Positions 20,132 through 30,497 of a stretch of DNA of 64,000 nt are shown piece by piece; position 1 is the stretch's first letter, and the number at the start of each line of letters is the position of its first letter. The position numbers and the translations under genes were made by a program. This DNA comes from Candidatus Woesearchaeota archaeon (lineage in GTDB: Archaea > Nanobdellota > Nanobdellia > SCGC-AAA011-G17 > PNOQ01): NCBI GenBank assembly GCA_043812195.1, contig JBDRML010000029.1:1-64000 (forward strand), written 5' to 3'. A model generated the notes under the pieces. That model searched no databases. It was not told the DNA's origin and worked only from the letters and a program-made list of their open reading frames with translations.

Positions 20132-21025
20132 ATGAATAATTTAATAGGAATTGAACAATTAAATAAGGAAGAGATTATCGAATTATTGGAATTAACTAAG
20201 GATATTGAAGACAATCCAAAAAAATATTTGAAAAAACTGGAAGACAAAAGTTTAGCAACACTTTTTTTTCAAGATTCAACAAGAACAAGATTAAGTTCAT
20301 CTTTGGCTATGCAAAAATTAGGGGGGAAGGTTATAGAATTAGATAAAGCAAAATTTAATGAAGAAATGGGTGAGGAAGAAAGTTTTGAAGATATTATAAA
20401 AGTTGTTGGAGATTATGTAGACATAATATGTTTGAGACACAGCGATGAAAAATCACCAAATCATGCAGGAAGCTTAACAAAAGCAAAGATTATTAATTGT
20501 GGAAATGGAAGAGATCAACATCCCACCCAAGCACTCTTAGATTTATATACAATTTGGAAAGAATTCAAAAGATTGCATAATCTAAATATTGTGATAGTTG
20601 GAGATTTAAAACATTCGCGATCTGCACACTCCTTATTTATTGCCTTGTCATTTTTTGAAAAGAATAAAATTAAACTAATTTCTCCAAATATTTTCAAAAT
20701 GCCAAAAAGATATTTTAGTTTAATTAGAAATGAAATAGATATAAACAAAACTGAAAAATTTGAATTAGAAAATGAAGATATTATTTACATGGCCGGATTT
20801 CCTATAGTAGAGAAATATGATAATTATTTTTTATACGATCTTTCGATAGACAAAGTTAAAAATTTAAAAGAAACTTCAATAATCATGTGTCCTTTGCCAC
20901 GAATAGGTGAAATTAAAAAAGAAGTAGATGCATTACCGCAGGCAAGATATTTTCAACAAAGTAAAAATGGAATTTTTGTCAGAATGGCTATCTTTATAAA
21001 ATTATTAGAGGGATTAAATGAATGA
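20132..21025 (+). CDS. aspartate carbamoyltransferase-like protein with an altered acceptor site
   Basis: FFQDSTRT, HPTQALLD, GDLKHSR, MCPLPR, YFQQSKNG; lacks the PyrB KGE and TRxQ motifs. Confidence 0.85.
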   Translation: MNNLIGIEQLNKEEIIELLELTKDIEDNPKKYLKKLEDKSLATLFFQDSTRTRLSSSLAMQKLGGKVIELDKAKFNEEMGEEESFEDIIKVVGDYVDIICLRHSDEKSPNHAGSLTKAKIINCGNGRDQHPTQALLDLYTIWKEFKRLHNLNIVIVGDLKHSRSAHSLFIALSFFEKNKIKLISPNIFKMPKRYFSLIRNEIDINKTEKFELENEDIIYMAGFPIVEKYDNYFLYDLSIDKVKNLKETSIIMCPLPRIGEIKKEVDALPQARYFQQSKNGIFVRMAIFIKLLEGLNE

Positions 21026-22190
21026 TAAAGAACTAATCACTGATGGAAAAAAAGTATTATCTAAAGTTATGAGGATACTTAGAAAAGACTCATTGAAAAA
21101 CCTTGAACCCAAGTCAGGATACTTTATGATTCCCTCAGATGTTGGAGGACCTGAACAACCTTTATTTTGGATTCCAACACAGGGATGTTCCTATGCTAAA
21201 TCAGATTCTGGTGGATGTACTATGTGTAATTTTGGGGGATCTCTTGAACGTTTTACAGATGAATTTTTGTTAGAGCAATTTATTGATATGCTTGAAAATC
21301 CTATTATAAAAAGTTCTACTGTCTTAAATTATGGGGGACAGGGATCTTTTTTTGATGAAAAAGAGCATTCTAGATGGTTAAGAGAAAAAATATTAGAAGA
21401 AGTCGCTAAAAGGGATTGGGTAAATGTTTTTGTCTGTGAATCCAGACCTGAATATGCGACAAGAGATAAAATAAGGCATATGAGGGAAGTTTTAGAAGAT
21501 AAAATAATCGAAGTTGGAGTAGGAGTCGAAAGTACAAACCAATTGGTAAGAGAAGGAATAATCAACAAAAATTTTAATGAGAATACCTACAATAGTCTTT
21601 TAGATTATGCAAGAGGATATGATATAGAGGTTTCACTAAATGTGATGTTTAAACCAAATCTTTTAACTGAATCAGAAGCAATAAGTGATAGCGTAAATAC
21701 TATAAGACAACTTCTTGAAGGAGTTTCTGAAGATGATCCGATTAAAAGAATTGTTTTAATGATGATCAACATTAAGCCAGGCACTTTAGTTGAATGGGCT
21801 TATAGAAAAGGATATTACGAATCCCCATTGCTTTGGTCTGGCATAGAAGTATTAAGTAGGTTGACACAAAGAGAAAGAGAATTTGTTAAGGTTCTCGGTT
21901 TTGATACAGGTGTTAGTCCTTTAGGTTATATAAGTAATAATGATAAGACAACAGAAGAAGTCAGAGAAGCATTAAAAGATTTTAGTAGGAATCATGAAAT
22001 TAAACCATTGCTAAAATTAAGGGAAATATATGGGGACTCTCCATCTTATCTTTTGTGGGAGAACAAAATGAGTCGACCTCAATTTAATGGAGAATTCCCT
22101 GGCCAAGAGATGGAACCTTTGAAAAGAAGACTAGTCAATTTTTATCGTCTTCTAGAAAAAGAATTTAACTTAAAACCTTATATATTCTAA
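21018..22190 (+). CDS. radical SAM protein, RaSEA/TIGR01210-like
   Basis: GCSYAKSDSGGCTMCNF, GSFFD, ESRPEY, GVGVES, MFKP, PLLWS. Confidence 0.8.
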   Translation: MNDKELITDGKKVLSKVMRILRKDSLKNLEPKSGYFMIPSDVGGPEQPLFWIPTQGCSYAKSDSGGCTMCNFGGSLERFTDEFLLEQFIDMLENPIIKSSTVLNYGGQGSFFDEKEHSRWLREKILEEVAKRDWVNVFVCESRPEYATRDKIRHMREVLEDKIIEVGVGVESTNQLVREGIINKNFNENTYNSLLDYARGYDIEVSLNVMFKPNLLTESEAISDSVNTIRQLLEGVSEDDPIKRIVLMMINIKPGTLVEWAYRKGYYESPLLWSGIEVLSRLTQREREFVKVLGFDTGVSPLGYISNNDKTTEEVREALKDFSRNHEIKPLLKLREIYGDSPSYLLWENKMSRPQFNGEFPGQEMEPLKRRLVNFYRLLEKEFNLKPYIF

Positions 22191-22213
22191 TTTTATTGTA
22201 ATATTTAGTTTAC

Positions 22214-22852
22214 TTAAGAAGAGGATAATATTTCAAACTTTTTCTTCCTTTTTTTAGGTTTGGGGTCTTCGTTCGGAAATCCTATACATACTGTAGTAAA
22301 ATAATCTCTATCCGGCTGATTATAAATTTTTTTTATTGTTTCTGAGATACAGGTTGGATCAATACACCAAAACCCTCCCAAACCAAATGAGTGAGAAGCT
22401 AGGAGCATGTTTTCAACGCAGGCTGATAAGCTAGCAATTTCAACGCTATAAGATACTATATGTCTTCTATGTTCCTGATTAGCATGAAGTTCACTTATTA
22501 AATCAATCCCACCTGAAAATGGATGATCTGAAAAAACTTGTATTGCTAAAGGTGCTTCTCTCATACCACTAGAAGAAATTAACCTTGAATTATTTGTTCC
22601 ATTAAAAAGGCCTTTTGTTGGGTGAAGTGGATTCCAATCAGAAGGATCTTCATGTTCTTCCATCGCACTGGCAACAAGATTTTTTCTATTGGTAGTATCT
22701 GCAATAATATACCAGGGTTGAATATGTTTTGAAGAGGGTGCATGAATCCCTGCATAAAGTATTTTTTCAATATACTCTATTGGAATCGGCTCATTAGTAA
22801 ATCTTCTAATACTTCTGCGAGTAACCAAACATTCATATGCATCCATTTTCAT
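22214..22852 (-). CDS. nitroreductase family flavoprotein
   Basis: RRSIRRF, APSSKHIQPW, ENMLLASHSFGLGG. Confidence 0.9.
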   Translation of the reverse strand: MKMDAYECLVTRRSIRRFTNEPIPIEYIEKILYAGIHAPSSKHIQPWYIIADTTNRKNLVASAMEEHEDPSDWNPLHPTKGLFNGTNNSRLISSSGMREAPLAIQVFSDHPFSGGIDLISELHANQEHRRHIVSYSVEIASLSACVENMLLASHSFGLGGFWCIDPTCISETIKKIYNQPDRDYFTTVCIGFPNEDPKPKKRKKKFEILSSS

Positions 22853-22899
22853 AGGTAAAACTAGTTAATTTAAGTATTTTTCTATCACAAAATACTATT

Positions 22900-24267
22900 T
22901 CATATAGTATAAAGATTAAAACATTCCGATATAATTGTTTCACTCTCAGACAAAATACACTTTAAAACTTCTTTATAAGAATCACCACTTTTTATTAAGT
23001 AACCAACACAACCCCCAAAAAATATGCTATCTGTTGGATAGTATAGTACTTTAAAAATAGAACCTTTATTAGTAAATGGTAGAGTAACATTACCCTCATC
23101 AAAATCGCTATTAATAGTAGTAAAATCATAATAAGGCTTTAGCTTAACATGCCCCCATATATAATCAACCTGAAAATCTTCATAAGATGGCAGAGATAAT
23201 TCTTCACCGAGAGCAATTTTTAATTCTAACTCAATCAGATTAATTTTATTAGACATTAGGACATTACATAAATATCCGCCCTGCCTTCTAGGATTAAGAT
23301 CTACAGTATAAAGATTATTTTTACTATCTACAATAAAATCAAGTCCGAAAACTCCTCTAAAACTAGAAAAAGACATATAATTTCCAATTTTTTTTGAAAC
23401 TTCAATTATTTTATCTTTTATTTCATCACTTAGAATAGAAGGATAAATATTTCCAAGATATTTATGCTGTCTCAATATTTGATCAGTTATACAAATAATT
23501 TGAGTTTTATTTTCACCAAGAACTATACAACTAACATTTGGCGAATGTTTAACATCTTTTATTAATTTAGACACAACAAATTTATTATATTTATTATTTA
23601 ATCTAAGATTAGAATTAAATTTTTCAAGATCCTGTTTACTAAAAATTGGTCCATTCTCAAATCCTCCAGAACTATAAGTAGCAGAGATAAAAAAAGGATA
23701 TCTCTCTTTTTCTTCTATATCTGTTATATTCTCATAAATCTTCGATTCATTTCTAGGAAGATTTAATTCTTTAAAGACATTGATTTGTTCAACCTTACTA
23801 TCAAATCTAAACACAATTTCTGGTTTTGGGCCCAAAAAGATTATTTTGGGATTATCAAAACTAAAGAAAACATTAGTCCAACTAAGGATAAAAATTCTAT
23901 CTTGCTTCTCTGCTAATCGATCAATTATATTCTTTACAGTCTTAGAATTAGAAAACAATCTATTTAAATCGTCTGGCTCCTCCTGAATACACAGATTGTT
24001 CCCCCTATTTTTTAAATCACTAAACTTTTCTTCAATGAGAGTATTAATTATAATATAATTTTCTTTATCTTTCATAAGACTTTCTTTTTGTTTCGTAGAC
24101 AATACCCATATTGGCTTAAATTTCTTATTAAACCTTTTTTCTAGCTCATTAATCCAAAGTCCTACCATAGCCTCAAACCTATCTGTCAAAAATGAGAAAA
24201 AATATTCATAATCATCGGAAAATATGCCTTCTTTTAGCTTTTTTTCTATTATTCCTTCCATATTCAT
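22900..24267 (-). CDS. ATP-grasp domain protein
   Basis: FDSKVEQ, YSSGG, TDQIL, FRGVFGLDFIVD, VDLNPRRQG. Confidence 0.8.
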   Translation of the reverse strand: MNMEGIIEKKLKEGIFSDDYEYFFSFLTDRFEAMVGLWINELEKRFNKKFKPIWVLSTKQKESLMKDKENYIIINTLIEEKFSDLKNRGNNLCIQEEPDDLNRLFSNSKTVKNIIDRLAEKQDRIFILSWTNVFFSFDNPKIIFLGPKPEIVFRFDSKVEQINVFKELNLPRNESKIYENITDIEEKERYPFFISATYSSGGFENGPIFSKQDLEKFNSNLRLNNKYNKFVVSKLIKDVKHSPNVSCIVLGENKTQIICITDQILRQHKYLGNIYPSILSDEIKDKIIEVSKKIGNYMSFSSFRGVFGLDFIVDSKNNLYTVDLNPRRQGGYLCNVLMSNKINLIELELKIALGEELSLPSYEDFQVDYIWGHVKLKPYYDFTTINSDFDEGNVTLPFTNKGSIFKVLYYPTDSIFFGGCVGYLIKSGDSYKEVLKCILSESETIISECFNLYTI

Positions 24268-24505
24268 AATCTTAAATTTATATTAATTTATAAATTTATA
24301 TGAACCCTAAAATCTAATTAACAATTCCATCAACCTTGCCAACCACCATATTTAGTTACTGACAAAAGTAAGTTATATTAATATATCTTAGAAATAGCTT
24401 AAGGTGTTAAATAATGGAAAAATCTTTAATAGTTTTTATATTTTATTTATGTCGTAAACTAATTAATAGAAACTTTTATAAAAGCCTCATATCCTCAATC
24501 TCACT

Positions 24506-25105
24506 ATGACAGAACAAAAATTACTAATGCAATTGGATGATTATCTTAAAGCTGGAATTCACATTGGAACTAGATTTAGAACTAAATTCATGTCAAAATT
24601 TATATATAAAATAAAACCAGATGGATTATCAGTTTTAAACGTAGAACAAATTAATATCAGATTAATACTAGCAGCCAATTTACTAAGCCAATACGAACCA
24701 AAAGACATATTAGTTGTATCAAGAAGAGAAAATGGTTGGAAGCCTGTAAAATTGTTCTCAAAGGTAACAGGAATTAAAAATTTCACAGGTAGATATCCAC
24801 CAGGAATTTTAACTAATGTCCAACTAGAAGACTTTGTGGAAACAAAATTAATTCTAGTAATAGATCCGATTCCAGATAAAAATGTAATTAAAGACGCAGA
24901 AAAGCTAAGTATTCCAGTAATGGCTTTATGTGACACAAATAACGAGCAAACAAGCATAGACTTAGTTATTCCTTGCAATAATAAAGGCAAAAAAAGTCTA
25001 GCATTAATTCTATATGTTTTAGCAAGAGAATATGCAAAATCAAAAGGGATTATAAAATCAGATAAAGACTTCAAATATACAGTTGATGATTTTACATCAG
25101 AATAA
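24506..25105 (+). CDS. rps2: 30S ribosomal protein S2
   Basis: YLKAGIHIGT, GRYPPGILTN, ALCDTNN, IPCNNKG. Confidence 0.97.
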   Translation: MTEQKLLMQLDDYLKAGIHIGTRFRTKFMSKFIYKIKPDGLSVLNVEQINIRLILAANLLSQYEPKDILVVSRRENGWKPVKLFSKVTGIKNFTGRYPPGILTNVQLEDFVETKLILVIDPIPDKNVIKDAEKLSIPVMALCDTNNEQTSIDLVIPCNNKGKKSLALILYVLAREYAKSKGIIKSDKDFKYTVDDFTSE

Positions 25106-25163
25106 AATTAAAAATTAGCCAAAAATCCCCTATTAAAATCTCGTACATACTTTTCTTTAGTGG

Positions 25164-25361
25164 TCAGTCTTCTTCTCTACGTCTTTTTCTGTTAAATGAT
25201 GTCTCTTCATTATACCCCTGCATAAAACCTTCTTCTTCAGGGGAGATTGAGTCGTCATTAATTGCTTCTTCGACACCATCTTCACCATATACATCAAAGT
25301 CACTAGTCTCAAAGTCACTAAATTTTTCGTCCTCTTCATAAAATTCGTTTGGCTTAGCCAT
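25164..25361 (-). CDS. small acidic protein
   Basis: DVYGEDG...DDSISPEEEGFMQGY; TATA box upstream. Confidence 0.6.
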   Translation of the reverse strand: MAKPNEFYEEDEKFSDFETSDFDVYGEDGVEEAINDDSISPEEEGFMQGYNEETSFNRKRRREED

Positions 25362-25446
25362 TTCTGAATGTGGTATGAAGTCATATATAAAGTTTATGAA
25401 AAAACAATAATCTTTATAAAGGAAATCAGATTTTATCTATTTTAAA

Positions 25447-26256
25447 ATGAGATATTCAGCTTACAGTGATATATTATATAATAAATCTTTCGATGATTTA
25501 GATAAACAGATTAAAGAGTGTTTTTATACAGATTTAGGACCTGGTGACTTACCATCAAAGAGAGAAAACAGAAAAGTTTTTGGCATTATATCTCCAAATT
25601 CAGAATATAAATACTCTGGCGCTTGTGCAGCATGGGCATTTAAGGAATTAGCAGAATCAGAATTTCAAGATACCTACATAATCTTAGGAACAGACAAAAA
25701 CAATACCTCATGTTATATCTCAACAGAAGACTGGGAAACCCCATTAGGAAAAGTTCAGATAGACAAAGAACTAGCAAATGTTTTAATGAGTAATTTAAAT
25801 TTTATAAAAGAAAATAATGATATACACAAAGATAAACATGAAATAGAAGTTCAATTACCTTTTTTACAATTTGTTTCAAAAGATAAACTACATGAACTAA
25901 AAATACTTCCAATAACAATAGGAAAAATAACAATAGAACAAATGAAAGAATTTGCAGATCTGCTAGAAAGTTTAGACAGACAAATATGTGTAATAGCTAG
26001 TACAAATTTAACAAGAAAAGAAGAATCCAACAAAAAAATAATAGCAGCAATAAAAGAAATGGACTCAAAAGAAGTTTTAGCAGCACTAGACGAAGAAAGA
26101 CAAAGCATAGATAGCATAAACTCAATACTAACTTGCATAGAAATTTCAAAAAGTTTCGGATCAAAATGGGCAAGATTATTAAGAGAGTATCATTCTTCAA
26201 AAGTAAAAAAAGATTTTAATAGTGCAACAGGCTACGCTGCAATAAGTTTTGAATAA
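25447..26256 (+). CDS. MEMO1/AmmeMemoRadiSam protein B family, divergent
   Basis: YSGACAAWAF, WETPLG, HEIEVQLPFLQ, TGYAAI; usual position near rps2. Confidence 0.85.
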   Translation: MRYSAYSDILYNKSFDDLDKQIKECFYTDLGPGDLPSKRENRKVFGIISPNSEYKYSGACAAWAFKELAESEFQDTYIILGTDKNNTSCYISTEDWETPLGKVQIDKELANVLMSNLNFIKENNDIHKDKHEIEVQLPFLQFVSKDKLHELKILPITIGKITIEQMKEFADLLESLDRQICVIASTNLTRKEESNKKIIAAIKEMDSKEVLAALDEERQSIDSINSILTCIEISKSFGSKWARLLREYHSSKVKKDFNSATGYAAISFE

Positions 26257-26261
26257 AAAAG

Positions 26262-26669
26262 ATGAAAATAATTCATAAAGAAGAAGTGATAATAGACAAT
26301 GCAAAAATATCCTCGGCCCTGAATGGATTAATGTTCTCAAAAAAATTAAAAATCAATCAAGCTATAATAATTAAAAGAAAAAGAGAATCAATATTAGATT
26401 CAGCAATCCATATGTTATTTGTTTTTCAAAAATTAAAAATTATATGGCTAAATGAAAATAAAGAAGTAGTTGACGTCAAAACTGCACACCCATTTATTTC
26501 TTTCTTAAAACCAAAAAAGCCAGCAAAGTATATCATAGAAATGTGTCCAGAAAATAAATTAGTTGACAATCTAATAGGAGAAAAACTTGAATTCACAGTA
26601 AATGGGAAAAATAATGAAGCTGTTATTGAATTGATTAAAAACGCATTAGAAAATGAAAGAAATGCATAA
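26262..26669 (+). CDS. DUF192 family protein
   Basis: GLMFS, IHMLFV, PAKYIIEM. Confidence 0.8.
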   Translation: MKIIHKEEVIIDNAKISSALNGLMFSKKLKINQAIIIKRKRESILDSAIHMLFVFQKLKIIWLNENKEVVDVKTAHPFISFLKPKKPAKYIIEMCPENKLVDNLIGEKLEFTVNGKNNEAVIELIKNALENERNA

Positions 26670-26756
26670 ATGATGAATTCCTTATTTCATAGTGATATCA
26701 CAAATTATTTATAAAATAAAAAATTGTTTATATTCAAATTGGGGAGGTGCTTGTAA

Positions 26757-29700
26757 TTGTTTACAAAAAAGTGGACTAAATTACTAATCCTTGTTGTAGC
26801 AACTTTATTCACAACTTTTATAGGCTCCGGTACTGATACGGGTGCTTTTGATATTAATTTTATACTTGGTAAAGATATCACAATCAATAATATAAATGCA
26901 GGTTCTGATAATGTGATAATAAGCTCAAAAGAAATTAAAAACATAGATGATTCTAATGCCTTAGATAAATTTACACATTTAAAAGGGTTTAAGGATATAA
27001 GTTTTGATGTTTCTTCTTCTAAGGGTTTTAATGTTGATGAAATTAAGGAAGTTTATGTTTCTTCTGAAGATAAAGTTGAAAGTACCTTTAAATTGAATAA
27101 TTTAGAAATAATTACGAAATACAAAGAAATAGATACTAGTTTTTTTAATAGAGCACAAAAACCAATAAAACAAACCTATATTATAAAAAATTTATTAAAT
27201 GAACCCAGAAACATAAAATTAAATATAAAATATGAGATCGATTCTGATGTTGTAACTTGGAATAATATAGAATATGAAATTACTAAAGAATCTAAATATT
27301 TTAAAGCCTTTTATGCTGAAGGGTCCTTTCCTGAAATAGATGAACCTTCCTTAACTGGTCATATTTTATATTTTGATCATAATTATTACGATTTTAAAGA
27401 TATTGTCAATTTAGATTATAAAATCTCTGTTTACTCCAGTAATAAAAAAAATTATATTTATTTAGAAATTAATTTTAATATTGATAGATTAGAAGAATTT
27501 GTATTAGATCCAGAAATAGGATGGACAACTAGAGTAATAGATAACTCTGCTTATGGCACAGAATATGTTTATGCTATAGATATAAATAATGATGTAGATG
27601 TTGATGTAGTGGCTAATATATGGGATGATGACAAGATAGTTTGGTATGAAAATGATGGTTCTAATCCCCCGACTTGGACTAAAAGAGATGTAGGTGCAAT
27701 TGATTCTCCATCTTCTGTTTATGCAGAAGATTTGGATGAAGATACTAACGTTGATGTTTTAAGCACTGCCCATTTTGATAATGTTTTGTATTGGTATGAA
27801 AATGATGGTTCTAATCCCCCTAGCTGGACAAGGTATACAATTGGTAGTGGATTAGATCACCCACGCTCTGTTTACGCAACATACATAGATGGAGATGAAT
27901 ATATAGATATTGTAGTAGGAGATGGTTATGATTCCCCTAGTACTGGGAATGTATATTGGTATGAGAACAATGAAGATTCGCCTCCGACTTGGACTCGCTA
28001 TACTATTGATAGCTCTCTAGACGTAATTACTTCTGTTTATGCAATAGATATAAATGGTGATAATGATATTGATGTTGTAGCAGGATCCTGGATGGATGAT
28101 ACAGTAAGATGGTATGAGAACCCGACTTGGACCCCTAGGGACATAACTACCTTAGCAAATGGGGTACGTTCAATTTATGCAATAGATATAAATGGGGATG
28201 AGGATATAGATGTTCTCTCTGCAGATCAATATAATGATGATATAGCTTGGTATAAGAATGACGGTTCTGATCCACCAAGCTGGACAAGATATATAATTAA
28301 CTCTTCTATTGATTCTCCTCTTTGGGTTTTTGCAAAAGATTTAGATAAAGATGGAGATGCAGATGTAATTGCTTCCAGCCAAACAGAAGATGTGGTAGTG
28401 TGGTATGAAAATGATGGTTCAAGCACTCCGACTTGGACTGCACATACAATAACGAGTTCTGCTGATGGTGTACGTGGAGTTTATGCAATAGACTTGGATG
28501 AAGATAGTGATGTTGATGTTGTGAGTGCTTCTTATTTTGATGATACAGTGAGATGGTATAAAAGCGATTTTATTAATTGTGGAGATGGTCTTTGTAACAG
28601 TGGTGGTGGAGAAAATCCAGAAAATTGTCCAGATGATTGTGATTATAAGTATACTTATTTATGGATTCCTTTTGGGAATTGGAGTTCACAAGAAGAATTT
28701 GAAAATGCTGTTGAAGCAAGAGCAGATTTCTTTATGGATATCTCTCCATTAGGAGATTGTAAGAAGTTTATTAATAATATTCCAGTTCCTGTTTCGTGGG
28801 TCAACAATTGGTGTCCATATGTTAAGGAAGAGTCTAAAGCTTCTTTACTGACCGATACTTATTTATGTGCAGAAACATATAGGCTTCTTTCCAATCCTAT
28901 TTTTTATGAGAAAGCAATAGGTCTTTCTAAAGATCATTTTTGTTTTGATGGTGGAGGACACTGTAGAGGGATATCTAGAAGGGGGTCAAGATATGCTTAT
29001 GCTGAAACACCATACTGGCTAAATCGTTTAGAAGTTCCTGCCCATGAATTAGGTCATGCTTATTCTTTATGTGATGAATATAATTATGCAAACTGGAGTA
29101 GCCAAAATAGTAGCTGGTTAAGTGGGATATGCCCTAATCTTTGGGAGGACACATATGATGAAGATAATCCAATTAACCACCCATGTTCTACTTCTGATGA
29201 CGGAAAATGTATAGATAGTGGTTGGTGTTGTGGCTCTCGTTCTTATAGTAATTATTCTGGAATTTATACTGCTAGTGGAAATAATTGTAGTGATGGAGGA
29301 GATTTGTATAACGTTATGGGTTATGGTGCTACAAAAAGAAGGTGTGGGTATAGTTATGGTTCTTATAATAAGTTAGGGGAATTCTTAGATTGTTCTGGAG
29401 CAAGGGATGAAGAAGAAACAAATATAGTTCATTTAACATTTGAATTTAATATATCCAATCCAACACAGGAAAATGTGTCTTTAGATGAAATTTATACTTA
29501 TTATGATTATCTTCCTGCTGTATCTACTGAAGAATCTCTTTACGAATTAAAAATTTTAGATGGAAGCGAAATAATGGTGCACTCCGAGAACTTACAAGTA
29601 TTTTATTTTGAATTTGTTGATTATGATTATGAATTTTTCAATTCAACAGGAGGTTCAATCAATGAAAAAAATGATACTTTCACAACAGTGGAGTTAGAAT

Positions 29701-30203
29701 ATAATTCATCTTACGAAATATTGCAAGTATTTAAGAATGATACTCTTATTTATGAAGAGAATATTTCTACCTTGCTCTGTAATGAAAATGATGTTTGTGA
29801 TGGAAAGGAAAATTATTTTAGCTGTTCTCAAGATTGTTCTTCTGGTAGTCAAGATGGAATATGCGATAGACAAGATGATGGAATATGCGATCCAGACTGT
29901 TCCGAAGGTGCAGATTTAGACTGTCAAATATATGGTTTTGAGTTAAAATATCAAAATTTAACTGAAACAATTTTTTCATTTAATTTATTAAATAACCTTA
30001 CTAATCAGTTAAATATATCTTGGAATTTAACAATAGGAGATGGCAATAAAATATCTTCTAATCTTATTGGATTAGAATCGGATGAAACAATATTTAATTA
30101 TGTAAATTATAATTATTCAAGTGCTGGAAATTATTTGGTTAATTTATTTACATATAATTCAACTACTATAATTGATAATAAAACTATTAATATTACAATA
30201 TAG
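26757..30203 (+). CDS. large secreted protein: FG-GAP/VCBS-type repeats, zincin metallopeptidase, Cys-rich modules and PKD-like end
   Basis: Signal peptide; ~7 repeats of DINGDxDIDV...WYENDGSxPPTWT; HELGHAYSLCDEY; CGDGLC...ENPENCPDDC and DGICDPDC modules. Confidence 0.85.
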   Translation: MFTKKWTKLLILVVATLFTTFIGSGTDTGAFDINFILGKDITINNINAGSDNVIISSKEIKNIDDSNALDKFTHLKGFKDISFDVSSSKGFNVDEIKEVYVSSEDKVESTFKLNNLEIITKYKEIDTSFFNRAQKPIKQTYIIKNLLNEPRNIKLNIKYEIDSDVVTWNNIEYEITKESKYFKAFYAEGSFPEIDEPSLTGHILYFDHNYYDFKDIVNLDYKISVYSSNKKNYIYLEINFNIDRLEEFVLDPEIGWTTRVIDNSAYGTEYVYAIDINNDVDVDVVANIWDDDKIVWYENDGSNPPTWTKRDVGAIDSPSSVYAEDLDEDTNVDVLSTAHFDNVLYWYENDGSNPPSWTRYTIGSGLDHPRSVYATYIDGDEYIDIVVGDGYDSPSTGNVYWYENNEDSPPTWTRYTIDSSLDVITSVYAIDINGDNDIDVVAGSWMDDTVRWYENPTWTPRDITTLANGVRSIYAIDINGDEDIDVLSADQYNDDIAWYKNDGSDPPSWTRYIINSSIDSPLWVFAKDLDKDGDADVIASSQTEDVVVWYENDGSSTPTWTAHTITSSADGVRGVYAIDLDEDSDVDVVSASYFDDTVRWYKSDFINCGDGLCNSGGGENPENCPDDCDYKYTYLWIPFGNWSSQEEFENAVEARADFFMDISPLGDCKKFINNIPVPVSWVNNWCPYVKEESKASLLTDTYLCAETYRLLSNPIFYEKAIGLSKDHFCFDGGGHCRGISRRGSRYAYAETPYWLNRLEVPAHELGHAYSLCDEYNYANWSSQNSSWLSGICPNLWEDTYDEDNPINHPCSTSDDGKCIDSGWCCGSRSYSNYSGIYTASGNNCSDGGDLYNVMGYGATKRRCGYSYGSYNKLGEFLDCSGARDEEETNIVHLTFEFNISNPTQENVSLDEIYTYYDYLPAVSTEESLYELKILDGSEIMVHSENLQVFYFEFVDYDYEFFNSTGGSINEKNDTFTTVELEYNSSYEILQVFKNDTLIYEENISTLLCNENDVCDGKENYFSCSQDCSSGSQDGICDRQDDGICDPDCSEGADLDCQIYGFELKYQNLTETIFSFNLLNNLTNQLNISWNLTIGDGNKISSNLIGLESDETIFNYVNYNYSSAGNYLVNLFTYNSTTIIDNKTINITI
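27641..27820 (+). repeat. 30-bp exact intragenic direct repeat, 150 bp apart
   Basis: TTGGTATGAAAATGATGGTTCTAATCCCCC at 27641-27670 and 27791-27820; a weaker copy lies near 28400. Confidence 0.9.
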
Positions 30204-30215
30204 GGGTGATAATAA

Positions 30216-30497
30216 ATGAAGAAGAAGAAAAATTATTGGGTATGGATTTTTTTAGTTTTAGTAATAATGGTGGTGATAATTGGTGTTGTATCATATTTTG
30301 ACGCTATAAACATAACGCCTCCCCCACCGAGTGTTATTGATGCAGGAATAATATGTTCTGAGCTAGAACCAAATTCTGCCAAAGAAGAATATTGCCATCA
30401 ATTTTGTATTGAAAGGGGTTCAGGTCCTCATGGTGGTTATGATTGTAATGGTGACAATGGAACGTTAAGATGTCATTGTCCAATATACTTAGACTAA
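30216..30497 (+). CDS. small membrane-anchored six-Cys protein
   Basis: Basic N-terminus, TM helix, PPPP linker, six-Cys domain ending CHC. Confidence 0.7.
   Translation: MKKKKNYWVWIFLVLVIMVVIIGVVSYFDAINITPPPPSVIDAGIICSELEPNSAKEEYCHQFCIERGSGPHGGYDCNGDNGTLRCHCPIYLD

Noticed and set aside
18686-24267. Complete DGR or integrative element at the eno-rps2 island
   Set aside because: No reverse transcriptase, template repeat, integrase or flanking att repeats were found in the window.
27520-28560. CRISPR-like array suggested by 30-bp repeats
   Set aside because: The repeats are in-frame parts of FG-GAP protein repeats with ~150-bp periodicity, and no cas genes are present.
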